Assembly: GCA_950097015.1 (NCBI GenBank)
Contig: CATNEN010000038.1
Coordinates: forward strand, 4,836,001-4,900,000
Origin: Macrostomum hystrix
Taxonomy: Eukaryota; Animalia; Platyhelminthes
DNA length: 64,000 nt
Direction: 5' to 3'
Under the pieces are notes generated by a model that searched no databases, was not told the origin of the DNA, and was given only the letters and a program-made list of their open reading frames with translations. The position numbers and the translations under genes were made by a program. Each line of letters begins with the position of its first letter. The first letter of the stretch is position 1. Positions 12,591 to 26,000 of the stretch are shown piece by piece.

Positions 12591-13657
12591 CCTATTCTAT
12601 TCTACTCTATCCTATTCTATTCTACTCTATCCTATTCTATTCTACTCTATCCTATTCTATTCTACTCTATCCTATTCTATTCTACTCTATCCTATTCTAT
12701 TCTACTCTATCCTATTCTATTCTACTCTATCCTATTCTATTCTACTCTATCATATTCTATTCTACTCTATCCTATTCTATTCTACTCTATCATATTCTAT
12801 TCTACTCTATTCTATTCTATTCTATTCTATTCTTTTGTATTCTTTTGTATTATATTCCATTCTATTCTATTCTACTCTATCATATTCAATTCTACTCTAT
12901 TCTATTCTATTCTACTCTATCATATTCTATTCTACTCTATTCTATTCTATTCTATTCTATTCTTTTGTATTCTTTTGTATTATATTCCATTCTATTCTAT
13001 TCTACTCTATCATATTCAATTCTACTCTATTCTATTCTATTCTATTATATTCTATTCTATTCTATTATTTTGTATTATATTCCATTCTATTCTATTCTAT
13101 TCCATTCTATTCTATTCTATTTCATTCTATTCCATTCTATTTTATTCTATTCTATTCTATTCTATTCTATTCTATTCTATTCTATTCTATTCTATTATTT
13201 TGTATTATATTCCATTCTATTGTATTCTATTGCATTCTTTTCTATTCTATTCTATTCCATTCTATTATATTCTATTCTATTATATTCTATTCTATTCTAT
13301 TATTTTGTATTATATTCCATTCTATTCTATTCTATTTCATTCTATTATATTATATTATATTATATTCTATTATATTCTATTATATTATATTATATTATTT
13401 TGTATTATATTCCATTCTATTCTATTCTATTCCATTCTATTCTATTCTATTCCATTCTATTATATTCTATTCTATTCTATTCTATTCTATTTTTTTGTAT
13501 TATATTCCATTCTATTGTATTCTATTCCATTCTATTCTATTCTATTCTATTATTTTGTATTATATTCCATTCTATTCTATTCTATTCTTTTTATTATATT
13601 CCATTCTATTCTATTCTATTCCATTTTATTCTCTTCAACTCTATCCCATTCTATTCT
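12591..13657. repeat. (ATTCT)n pentanucleotide microsatellite with higher-order variants
   Basis: Direct observation. Confidence 0.98.
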
Positions 13658-14142
13658 AGGCAGCAGGTGCAGCCTTTATTCCCTAAATTATCCACCACAG
13701 GCTCCACTGGGCAATTTTTATTCAGTCCGTGGCCCAAATCGAATTATTCACTCGCTGCGAAATCCGTTCACCTGAGCAGCTGGCCGCTCCATCTCTGCCT
13801 GCTTCAAAAAAGCGAGCTGTCACGTGACTGAATGTCTGCCAAGTTCCAAATTGCGTCCTTGTTCTAATTAAATAGGAATTCCATTTGTCGCTAGAAATTT
13901 TCTGGCGTAATTTTCAGCTTTGTCAAATACTATCCCCCTAATTATCTCCCTAATCCTCATTATTCTTTATGACACACAACAGTCTGTGCATTTAATTCCA
14001 TTCTGAGTCATGTCGCTGACTCAATGCTGTTCAGAGAGACTGTCTTCTTGGTTAATATTGCCCTCATGTACTCTTCTGACAGAAACTTCACAATTCTCCT
14101 CTCTGACTCTTCCACAGAATCTCACAATCGTCCTCTGGTATC

Positions 14143-14536
14143 TCATCCTCTCCATCATCCTCACCTTTCATTCTCTCCCTCATCCTCACCTTTCATTCTC
14201 TCCCTCATTCTCACCTTTAATTTTATCCCTCATTCTCACCTTTAATTCTATCCCTCATTCTCACCTTTTATTCTCTCCCTCATTCTCACCTTAAATTCTA
14301 TCCCTCATTCTCACCTTTCATTCTCTCCCTCATTCTCACCTTTTATTCTCTCCCTCATTCTCACCTTAAATTCTATCCCTCATTCTCACCTTTCATTCTC
14401 TCCCTCATTCTCACCTTTTATTCTCTCCCTCATTCTCACCTTTAATTCTATCCCTCATTCTCACCTTTAATTCTATCCCTCATTCTCACCTTTTATTCTC
14501 TCCCTCATTCTCACCTTTCATTCTCTCCCTCATTCC
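14143..14536. repeat. Minisatellite, 25 bp pyrimidine-rich unit (ccctcattctcacctttcattctct)
   Basis: Direct tandem copies. Confidence 0.95.
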
Positions 14537-15487
14537 ACTTATTACATTTCTGCCTCATTCACCTGAAATCCCAACTTCCGTTGCTCCATCAGTCTCATTA
14601 GTCTAATCGTCTCTCCTTTGATTTCCCAATGAGCGGGCCTCGCAGCATTCTCATTGAGCAGTCATTTCTCATTTGATTGTCACAAAATCCTTTCCCCTTG
14701 TGTCCTCCAGCTAAACTTTCCTTCCTGTCTCACCTCAGCCCTGTGAGCTTGATTAGATTATTTTCCCCTTTTCCTCAGGTCTCCCATTTTTAATAATGCT
14801 TCGGATAGGCTAGCTGAGCAATGGGATAAAGCTAGGTGCTAAAATGATGATTAAGTGGGGGGACACTTTGCCCTGCTTTGGCACGGACTTGCTTTGCTCA
14901 AACTTGGTGTTTAATATGCCCACAGCAAACATTTGGCCCTAGCGTGAGCGGCCATCGACTCTGCTCTAGATTGCCTGTGCGCTCAACGGGTGCCGCGTAG
15001 GACTCAATATGGACTCAAGGACCACAACTGCTCTCACGCCATTGCTATGAGTATAAACATATGCCCGCTCCAAATACGAGCGTATTTCACTTTAATACGC
15101 TGCATGTTGTTCACGAAATTTATGGACAAAAAATAACGCTGAGGATGTGTTTTGCTACTGATAGTAGGCTCAAGAGCGCAGCAATATAATAACTGATAAA
15201 TCCGTATAATTCCAGGAGGCAAATGGAATAAAATAAGAAACAAATATATATCTAGCCACCGATCGTAACAAAAACTAAATCCGCCTTTTTACAGAGGGGA
15301 CGAGTTGCAAATAAAGTTTGCTGCTCAATTACAAAATGATTTGGCATTTTTCCTAATTGATCGTCAATAAAAAATTAAGCAACACGAATGCTATTGAAAA
15401 ATTAAACAGAGAAGCAATAAAAATTTTACCCTTTGTTGCAATGAAATTAAAAAAGAAAAAACTTTTAAGTAAAACAAAAAGCAATTA

Positions 15488-15577
15488 AACCTGCCCCAGC
15501 TGCACAGCGGTACGCAATAGGCGCAGCGCGCCTGAATGATGCGTACCGCTGTTCAGTCCATGGACTGGGCGGTGTAC
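15488..15577 (-). mobile_element. Diverged 3' fragment of the tRNA-derived SINE family
   Basis: acctgcccca...gctgttcagtccatggactggg matches the reverse complement of the SINE body at 23263-23550. Confidence 0.7.
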
Positions 15578-16035
15578 TCCTCTGATCGCCTCACCTCTCC
15601 CTCATCTTTGTGAGCAGAAAATCCTCAACTAACCCGAGTATGAGCTGATGCAATACTGAGCAAATCATCTTACTGATGGAAACCCTGAATAAAAATAGAT
15701 ATAATTAAAACAAAACAAAAAACCTGTCAAGTCAAAGCTTTCTTATTTTCCTAGAAATACGAGTGCCAAAATAAGAAAACCGGGACGATTGCCTCCAGCA
15801 AATCCAGCCATTTTATGTACCACAGCTCAATCTGCGCGAAAATTTTCAGCTGGCAGGTCGCCTGGATTGTGGCGCCTTCGCCCACGACAGCGCCTTCGCC
15901 GGTGGCCAATCGGAAGCTTTTCAGGCGCAAGTCGTTTGTGAGATTACCTGCTTGTCCAACGCCTGCACACGTAGACTGCATTTGGAAAATTATTTCTATA
16001 TTTTAATATATTTTCCCATTTCACTCCAGATCCAA

Positions 16036-17100
16036 TCCTCTGATCCCCATGTCACTCCTCTGAACCCATGTCACTCCTGTGATCCTCATGTCATTCCTGT
16101 GATCCTCATGTCATTCCTGTGATCCTCATGTCACTCCTGTGATCCTCATGTCACTCCTGTGATCCTCATGTCACTCCTGTGATCCGCATGTCACTGCTCT
16201 GATCCTCGTGTCACTCCTGTGATCCGCATGTCACTGCTCTGATCCTCGTGTCACTCCTGTGATCCGCATGTCACTCCTGTGATCCGCATGTCACTCCTGT
16301 GATCCTCATGTCACTCCTGTGATCCTCATGTCACTCCTGTGATCCGCATGTCACTGCTCTGATCCTCGTGTCACTCCTGTGATCCGCATGTCACTGCTCT
16401 GATCCTCGTGTCACTCCTGTGATCTCCATGTCACTCCTGTGATCCTCATGTCACTCCTCTGATCCCCATGTCACTCCTCTGAACCCATGTCACTCCTCTT
16501 ATCCTCATGTCACTCCTCTCATCCGCATGTCACTCCTCTGATCCCCATGTCACTCCTCTGAACCCATGTCACTCCTCTTATCCTCATGTCACTCCTCTCA
16601 TCCGCATGTCACTCCTCTGATCCCCATGTCACTCCTCTGAACCCATGTCACTCCTCTTATCCTCATGTCACTCCTCTCATCCGCATGTCACTCCTCTGAT
16701 CCCCATGTCACTCCTCTGAACCCATGTCACTCCTCTTATCCTCATGTCACTCCTCTGATCCTCATGTCACTCCTCTGATCCTCATGTCACTCCTCTCATC
16801 CGCATGTCACTCCTCTGATCCCCATGTCACTCCTCTGATCCCCATGTCACTCCTCTGAACCCATGTCACTCCTCTTATCCTCATGTCACTCCTCTCATCC
16901 GCATGTCACTCCTCTGATCCCCATGTCACTCCTCTGAACCCATGTCACTCCTCTTATCCTCATGTCACTCCTCTGATCCTCATGTCACTCCTCTGATCCT
17001 CATGTCACTCCTCTCATCCGCATGTCATGCTCTGATCCCTATGTCACTGTTCTGATCCCTATGTCACTGTTCTGATCCCTATGTCACTGCTCTGATCCTA
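16036..17100. repeat. Minisatellite, 19-20 bp unit (catgtcactcctgtgatcct), ~53 copies
   Basis: Direct tandem copies. Confidence 0.98.
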
Positions 17101-18653
17101 GTGTCCGTCCTCTGTTTCCTAAATCACTCCTCTTATAACTCTTCTAAATAAACCCTATAAACCTCATTTTACTCGTACTATTCAAGTATACTGGCTCATT
17201 AATGTATTAATTAATCTCATATAGACACAGAGCATCTCGTGTCACCTGGACAGCGATCTTATTGCTTCTAGCACACCGAACGGTATAGCTCCGTTTGCCC
17301 TTGGTCGTAGCTAAACTGCAGATTCTTGGACAGGCCAAATAATCCGCCGCGCTGACAACCTCGTGCGCTGCAGCAGTCACGATCTGAATATTTGCAAGTT
17401 GTTATTTGTTATTTGTAACACCCGCAGCGTACTAGATCTACCAAAATATTCGACCAAGCGCCATGAAAAATCCAGAACACGGGCTCGAGTGTTCCACTCT
17501 GTCTGATGAAACATTGCTGAAAATTGCTGAAAATGTTGATCCATGCGGTGACTTTCGCGAAAATTGGTCAACCAGTTTGGTAGTCATCGCAATGTCGGCT
17601 GTGGGTATTTGAAATGACCCCGTCGTATAACTAACTACATAGGGGGTAAATTACGAGAACAGCGTGGACGTTCCATTGTTAATGGAAAGAAAAAAGTCTA
17701 GCTGAGGATTAAAATACAATGATGACAAAACAATGGTACTAAATTAAACCTTGGGATTTTTAGCATCACCGATAGCCCCAGCATAGGCAATCTCTGCGTT
17801 TTTCAGTCTGCACGTGAATTATTTCCTGGAATAAAAGCGGTTTGACCAACTTAGTTTACCAAGCTTGGTATAACTAATTTTACTATTTTTCCAACTCAAC
17901 AACAGAGCAATTTACCACTTGTGTATTTCCGCCACTATATATGGAACACTGTCTGACTGTGCTGTGCAAATCACCAATGCCATCCACCATAGCGTTATAT
18001 AAAAAAGACGTCGCACGATCTGCTGATTTAGCGCCTCCTGATGTGGACTTTCAGCAGCCTCGCTCTTCGTGTCCAGCTGCTCTATGAAACTAGGGCTCTC
18101 CTAATTACTCGTAATTGACATGTCGATACATGTTTATTGGCATTGCTAAGCAAGTTGAGCATGTGTACAAAAATGTTGCTTCCGTTTCAAAACGAGAACT
18201 CTAGCTTACTTTATTTAAATACCAGTTTCTCTGCGAATCCAATTCAGCTGGTAAATGGATATCGAGTACAAAAAATTTACAAATTTAAATATTTAAAATG
18301 TACACCCAGTCGAAACCTGTGTACAGTGAACAGTGCACAGCTCGATAATTGATTGAATTCAGTTTGTTTGCTTGAGAAGTTAGAGCAGCTTGCGGGAAAT
18401 TATTTCCCTTGTTCGAGCGTACATTGTATCGCAGTTGAATTGTGAATTGCTGGATATCATATAAAAATTATTTAAAGGCTGGAATAGAAATACAATGGAT
18501 TGCCACTGGTACAGCAGATACATGTAATTGAACTTACACGAACGAATATTCTATGTGCCTTGCGATAATCTCGTCATTCGGGTCATGTTGCTGCAAAATA
18601 TTACCTCACAGTAGAATTACCTAAGGAATTATGGGCCCTAAGTTACCGCGCAA

Positions 18654-18862
18654 TGGACAATCCTCCACTGGACAAACCTCCACTGGACAACCATCCACTG
18701 GACAACCCTTAGCTTTACTGGACAATCCTCCACTGGACAACCCTTAGCTTTACTGGACAATCCTCCACTGGACAACCCTTCACTGGACAACCCTTCACTG
18801 GAAAAACCTTCACTGGACAAACCTTCATCACTGGACATCCATTCACTGGACAATCATCCACT
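18654..18862. repeat. Short array of ~15 bp units (cactggacaaccctt), possibly subterminal repeats of a DNA-transposon relic
   Basis: cactggacaa recurs about 12 times; transposon origin is inference. Confidence 0.8.
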
Positions 18863-21800
18863 TGAGAACACTCCTCGGGTAAACCGTCACCGAACTTCGG
18901 CCTAGGCAATCCTCCAATTATTAACAAAGCCCAACCAAACCGAGATGCATAAAACTTTCAGTTGAGAAGCCTCCATTTTCCGGTCTCGTGTCTGTTAGTA
19001 CTCTCATCTTCTTGGCTGCTATAAAGTATAGACTTCTAGACTAGTCTCGACTAGGCTGCTCTCTTTTCAGCAATTATTGTATACCTGAGTGAGCACTGAG
19101 CAGAGTGGATAGGGAGAGGAGAGAGAAGAGAATTGGTTGCCATGCGATTGGTAGCTTGTACAATCTACCTGTCATAAACATAGACTGCAGCAAAAATAAT
19201 TATAGTTGATCTTGTCTTCATGAAGCTAGCTGTGTACATCTAAAAACAGTAACATGACTTTATTAAGTACTTTTGCGCAATTATTAAAATGGAACACAAA
19301 AGCCTTACACAAACAACCGGCTCACGATTTAATTGGGCTTTCATATATTTATTATTGCATTGCGTCTTGAATAACAGAAGAGAAGAAAAATAAGTGAAAG
19401 AGTCCAGTTTCACTCCGCTTGCAATGACTGCTTGAAAACTGAAAAAAATATGCGATATATAACTAGCTCTTTTGTGAGACAGAAATAAAAATAGCTATTA
19501 CACTTACATTCCAAAACACAGCACATTTGCGTGCTTCTCTTAAATAAGGTACTAAAAATTATTTGCGATCGCGTACGTACACTAGGTAACAGTAGCAAAC
19601 AATGAATTGTACGAGCCGAAAACAGTGATGCTGCACCCATCATAGAATGTTAATATCGTACATTGTCATTAAGATGCTCGTACGAGTACTATATACTGAG
19701 ATGGGCTATAAACGGCAATAGTATAAAAGCCCCGTCGCATTATAAGGGCGATAACTATACGCCCTTATAGTTATCTGCAAAGAAACACGAAGTGTACAAT
19801 CGCTGCGACATCACAGTAGGTTTTGGTTGGAACTTGTATACAATTCTGTTACGTCCAGCGCGCGGGCATAACATCCGGCAGGTATATAGTTATCCTTTCT
19901 GATCATGTCATGCAGTAAAGTAACACAGTATGATGTACTGTTAGGATCCCTCACATTGTGAATGTATCATGCAACGATAATTTTAATCTTGAAACTCTTC
20001 AAAACAGAGCTAAATTCTAAAAAACATTCGTTTAAATGCGTTATTGAGTTGAAATAATCCTATAGAATGGAAAAAAACCATTGCGCAAATCCATGCATTC
20101 TAAGCTTTGCGCAATGATAATATCCTACGCGTATCCTATACTATACTTTGCGAAATATCCTATTGCTCCACAAGTGTATTGCCTACTGACATTATATCGT
20201 ATCTGCGGCAAATGCCAGTACAATTTAAGCGGAAGCTATATAAAACAAATAACTTTATATCTTACTTTACGCATCATTAAATATAACGGCATATGAGCTC
20301 ACGAGCTCTAGTTTAGTTGTATCTATTTTATTGTAACTCAGTTTAGATCACACAGAAAATTACTTATTATATTATTTAATTTTGGGAATTTATCCTCCAC
20401 CGACGTAAAATTAGGCTACGTACGAACGAGCCAAAGTATTTGCAGAGAGCCTATTTGCGGAAAAAAGTCTGCTATGGCAATAAACAAAATGTACAAGCTG
20501 CGTTTTTCTTGTTAGTTACTATAATCATTTTACGTATTTAATTCATCATATAAAGGTGGACTACTTATGTTTATTTATTTATATATTTGAAATTTTAAAC
20601 TAAAACTTTGCTTGTATAAAAATACAAAAAATATTTTATTTCAAATTAATTTTTTTGCCTCTATTTCTTAACTTTAACAAAGTAACACTAACAGAGTCAA
20701 TACTATTTTACTGTAAACCATGGGCCCAGCCCATGTCGCGTCTGTTTTGTCAAAGTAAAGGAGTAATACAACGTTTTTTGTCAAAGCTTGTGTGTGTGTT
20801 TCGCTAGTTTAACCTTCAAAAAGGTTACATTTTCCTAATTTTCTAATTGTGAGTAATTGGTCAGCATTAGCTTTGTCTAGCTATTTATAAAAAAGTGCCT
20901 GTACCATACTGTTTCACGAAACAGTTAAATAATGTGATTAACAATTGTAATTAACAAAACAATTATAAGTTGGTACCTTGCCTGTAGGCTGTAACTTACA
21001 AAATGTTTATGTAGAGTAAATAGGCTAGGCCTAGTACAAGTTTGATTATATATTTTATGAAGGAGAAAATTAAAACTAGTCTTGATTTACCTTTTTATGA
21101 ACTATATGAGTTTTATTGCAAGAATTTTGTTGTTGCTGTCATTAGTCCTTATTGTCATGTTGACTGATTCAGATATAATTGGATGCCCACTAAAACGTTT
21201 TTAGCAGTTTTGCTCACCCTATAATAAATAAATAGTATTAATCTTTAATAGGTCCCCATGTCTCTATTGAAGTTTAATCCTATTTATTATTCACACAGAA
21301 TTTACCTGACCTGAAACCCTTCAATACTGCTTGGTGTGGTATTCCTATGTATTGGGGTCCCTGCGAAAGCCTTTAGACTAAAGGCCACCCAATTATAAAT
21401 GAGTTATCTTCAATACATGCCCTTCATTGAAGTATAATGCTATTTATTTGCTATTCTAGCACAAATTAAACACCCAAAAAATTTTTTTAATCCAGTCTAG
21501 CACAAGTTTTAGTAAATAAAGATTTATAATATTTAAATTAGTATATGTCTGCTATGTTACAATTTCTTTAAAGCAAATTATTGTATTTGTATTGTATTCA
21601 ATTATTGCATGTAAACCAAAGCAAAAACCAGTAATACCCCTTTTACTAAGTTTTAAGAAAAAAATAAAAGCATATTCATCTTAATGAAGACCAAAATCAT
21701 GGTCTATTCTCTAGTCTTATTCAATTCCCTATACTGATATAGCTATATTTTCCATTTAACAGTCTATAGTTGCAATAGAATAGCTTATAGCTATAATTAG

Positions 21801-23016
21801 GCTAGGAGTAGGCCTTACATAAAAACTATAGATAAAGCTGGCCTAAAAATATTGATAGCTTAGTTATATAGGCTGATCAGTATTTCAATAGACAATCTTT
21901 CTATTAGGTAAATTGATAGGATCTAGATAAGGATCAATTTTTCTGTTTGAACAAAACCATTGTTAAGATTATAATATATGTTATATTATATGTCCTTGGC
22001 AAGGTTGCTAGTTACTGAAACTAAATGTTGCTTTGTGATAAGTGCATCATTCTATTCTTAATCAATTTTTCTTTAAAATAACAAACAGCTTATTATATAC
22101 TGAAAATGATATGAACATCAAGCTTAACTAACCTGGCTATTTGTTGAGATAACTAATTGAGTAGCTAGTGATAAGAAATCACACTTTTTCAACAATCAAT
22201 TTTAATAATTGAAGACTTAAATAAATGTTGGGTTTAGAGTTGTTCTAGCCAACCAATTAGAAAGTGGTAGTTTCTCACCTGTTACCTTCTTGCCACTAGA
22301 TAGTTTCATATTGTTTACCATAGCAAAAAAACTTTTTTACTAGAAAAAGTTGTATTCTAGAGTCTATAAAATTAGAACTATGAATCTTAAATCCAAATCT
22401 TAAATCTAATAGTTAAAGTTGTAAAAAATTGAAATAATGTTAAATATATGTCTATAGTTTATAATTTACAGTTTTTATTTCAATGTTTTGTCTGCGGTCT
22501 AGAGCAGGCACTTGCTTAATCTATTTTAATAGTCTTTTATTCATATCAAATCCAAATTGCAGACCCAACTTAACATTGTTCTGATTGGCAAGCATTGCTT
22601 CCCAATGCAACTCGGCAGCATGAGACAGTAAACAAAAACTTCACCACGCCGAACCAGACGCGGCACGGGGGAGGCAGGTGGGAGAGCGCCTTGGAGATCA
22701 GCCTCTCTGGTTCTGGTAGTCTGAAGTCTGATCAATTACATCAGCAGATCGAGTAGCTTGTGCCTCCGTCTAGAATCTGTCTATATCGGCGCGATTGTTT
22801 GACAACGGATCTTCACCATTCATCAATTTTTCGACGTCACTTGGGATCATTCACATATTCTTTCATTCTTAACTTATTCGTAATCAGTTTTTCTATCTTA
22901 AAATTATTTTCCACCGGTCTTCAATCCTAGAATTCGCCCTCCGCCTCTCTCTCTCTCTGTTGTCCCCGTCTCTGTGCTAGCTTGGCAAGTAAGCTGAGAT
23001 TATCCTGGCTGCCATC

Positions 23017-26000
23017 ATGGGTCGCGGTACAGCCATCACGCGCTATGGCTCCGCTCTGCACAGTCGCCGTTTCCCCGGCCCGCCAACACAGCGGCTGTTC
23101 CACTGGCTGGAGGCCCAGCTGGACATGCGGGGCGTTGATCCGGCCCTGTACTCCAGGTACCTCATCTCCCTGCTGCAGCTGGACGATGCCGAGTTTGAAA
23201 GGTCAGAGAATACCCTGCTGTGTTAAAGTTATTTCTAATATTCCAAATCTATTTTTGGAACTGGGGTTTTAGTCCAGTGATTAGAGCGTTGGACTCACGA
23301 CTTTGAATGTCGGGGGTTCGATTCCCGACTCCAATCTGTGTCCTTTAGCTTGATACCTAACTCTACATTGCTTCAGTTTACCCAGCTGTTAAATGGGTAC
23401 CAGCATCAACTGGGTTACCTGAGGGTGGGTGTGGCGTCCCCCCAGTCCATGGACTGAACAGCTGTAAGCAGCCTTCAGATTCGCCGCGCGATAGCTGCGG
23501 CTGTGCTGTCGGCTGCGCATCTTGGCCTACTGGGGCAGTTGTAGACAATTATTTATATTATTAGTTATAATAATTACAAGTAGCAAATTCCCAGATTTCG
23601 TAATCCCTAGAACACTTATTTTCAAATCCCTAGCATCCATGTCACTTAATATTCGCAGATCCCATATTCATATTTACGGGAATTCCCAATGCAACTCGGC
23701 AGCATGAGGAAAGGTCCAGATATCGGTTTCTAAAACCCAGATAAAAAACCTGAAGGTGTTGATTTTTAGTGATTGTGAAATTTGTAAGCTTGCAAGTCTA
23801 TCAGCTTATCAGTGTGACTTCTATGTAGGTTTTATGTTTGTAAACTGCTATGTCTAGAACAGTCGCAGGACAAGACTAGGCAAGATAATTCTGATGCGAA
23901 AAACACATTTTTATGTCTTTTGAACTTTTAAATTCTTTATATGGTGAATTGCAAGGTGGCATACCTATTATCTTTAAATTCAAGATAAGCTTTTTATTGC
24001 AAGCGAACAGTGGCACAGCAGTTAATAGTGCTGTTTCATTTCTTATCATTTTATTAATCAAAAAGAGTGCAGTAAAACTGAGGCGGATATTATTAAATAG
24101 GGGCGCTAACGTGAAAAAAATACATGCATAATTCCTAAAATAAACTCTCTGGGCTACTTCTCAGTAGTGTAGAACGCAAATTAGCATTACTTTATATAAT
24201 CCCTCTCAATTGTTATTTTCTCATTTCAGAAGCGAAGTTTCTGACCAGGAATTTGACTCCAACAGCTCAAACGAAGGCAAACATCGGGTTGGAAGCAATG
24301 GTGTTGGCGGCAGCAACGGCAGGCGGTCGAGGCGAAAGAAGCAGCAACAGCCGCCGTCCGGGACTGTCTGTGTGACGGATGCCGCCATCGGATTGGCCAG
24401 CGGGGTGAGCAGCCGCAAGCGGGCGGCGGCTGTGCAGTGTCTTCAGTCCGCCTGCAATGATCCGTACGAGCTGGACGAGCTCATTGGTAAGGGACAGATT
24501 TTTATTTAGTCTTGGGATTTTTTCAGGTTTCTTAGGAATTTATTAAGTTTAATTTCGTATTTCTCAATCAAATGTTGGTGGTTTTTCTTATTTTTTCTGG
24601 CATTTTTATGCTGTTTTGGAGTTCTCCATCTCTGTTCAGAAATGTCTCAAAATAGTGTTCGGATTTATTTATGTGGATTTCTTAATCTAGTTCTGGGATT
24701 TCATAATCTGGTTCTGTGATTTCATAATCTGGTTCTGGGATTTATTATTCTGGTTCTGGGATTTCTTATTCTGGTACTGGGATTTCTTATTCTCGTACTG
24801 GGATTTCTTATTCTGTTTCTGGGATTTCCTAATCTGGTTCTAGGATTTATTTTTCTGGTTCTTGTATATTTTAATATTATATGTAATTTCCGATTTCTCA
24901 GTCAAAAAATCTCAACCAATCACAGACGAGCTCTGCTACCGGCTGAAGCGGCTTAACGCGGGCAGTGGCTGCAATCTTCAGCAGCAGCAGCAGCACCTGA
25001 AGCGCAGGGACGCCAGCGATCGGTTGCCTCTGCTGGCCGAAGACGATCTCGGCGAAGCCAGCGAGTTAGCCGCCTCGCCTTCGTCGCCTTCCGGCGGCCT
25101 GCAAACCGACGCCGCCGCTGCCGACTTCGTCGAGGCCGGCTACGAAGGCGCCGTTGAACTGTTTGCCGACTCCGGCCAGGCCGGCACGCCCGACGAGGAG
25201 GCTCCGACGGCACCGCCGGCTGTCGCCGAGGACTACGTCTGCGCCTTCCCCGCTTTGGCGGCGCTGCGGGAGCGAGCATCGTCTGCGGCTTCGGCCACGG
25301 TCGCCAGGTCGTCGACAGCCGCCCAGTCGGGCCGATCGGCTTGGTCCAGGTTAGTAGTAATAGTAATAATTTTTATTAATATTATTATTGCAGAATGGCT
25401 GCGGGCACTGGCACATCATTTGGTGACTGCAGTGCACACTTTCACTGGGCCTTGGAGGTTGGCCCCAACATCCTAAATTACACAACAAGCCCCCAAGCCT
25501 TCTCTCCAAGGCTGCGCCCCAAAGTTGTGGCCCTGCCGCGGAATCGAGCTCAGGGACCTTGGTGAGGGAGTCAAATGCGTAAACCGCTTTGCCACTCACC
25601 TGTTGGGCCAGATCAGGGTCTTCTGCACTTTCTTGCAAGCGCTGAAAAATTCAATAGTGAAAAAGTTAACGGAATTGAAAGTAGCGTTTATTTGCGTTAT
25701 TTAACTTGTTGATTTTAGAAAGGCGACTGCATTGTTTGAATGAAGTTTGATTCTTTCTCGAACCACTGAACTCAGGGGCCCTCCGCGGAGCCTGCACCGA
25801 CTTCAGCAGCAGCCAGTCAGTACCAGCCGGCGCCTTCGCGGCCTCGGCGCCACTGCCGACGAAGGCTTTCTGGAAGGCGACGATGAGGAAGCCGCTGATC
25901 ATCTTGACGATTTCGGTGAACCCCAAGACGACGATGACGATGTCAGCGTCACCAGCGAGGGCTCAGAGATACTCCAGCTGGTCAGCCACATTCTCCACAG

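Noticed and set aside
12537-13831. Long YSILF-repeat ORFs
   Set aside because: Translations of the (ATTCT)n microsatellite, open in all three frames
23263-23335. tRNA-Val(CAC)-like gene (also near 57070-57140, minus strand)
   Set aside because: Runs directly into a shared SINE core and body; it is a SINE head
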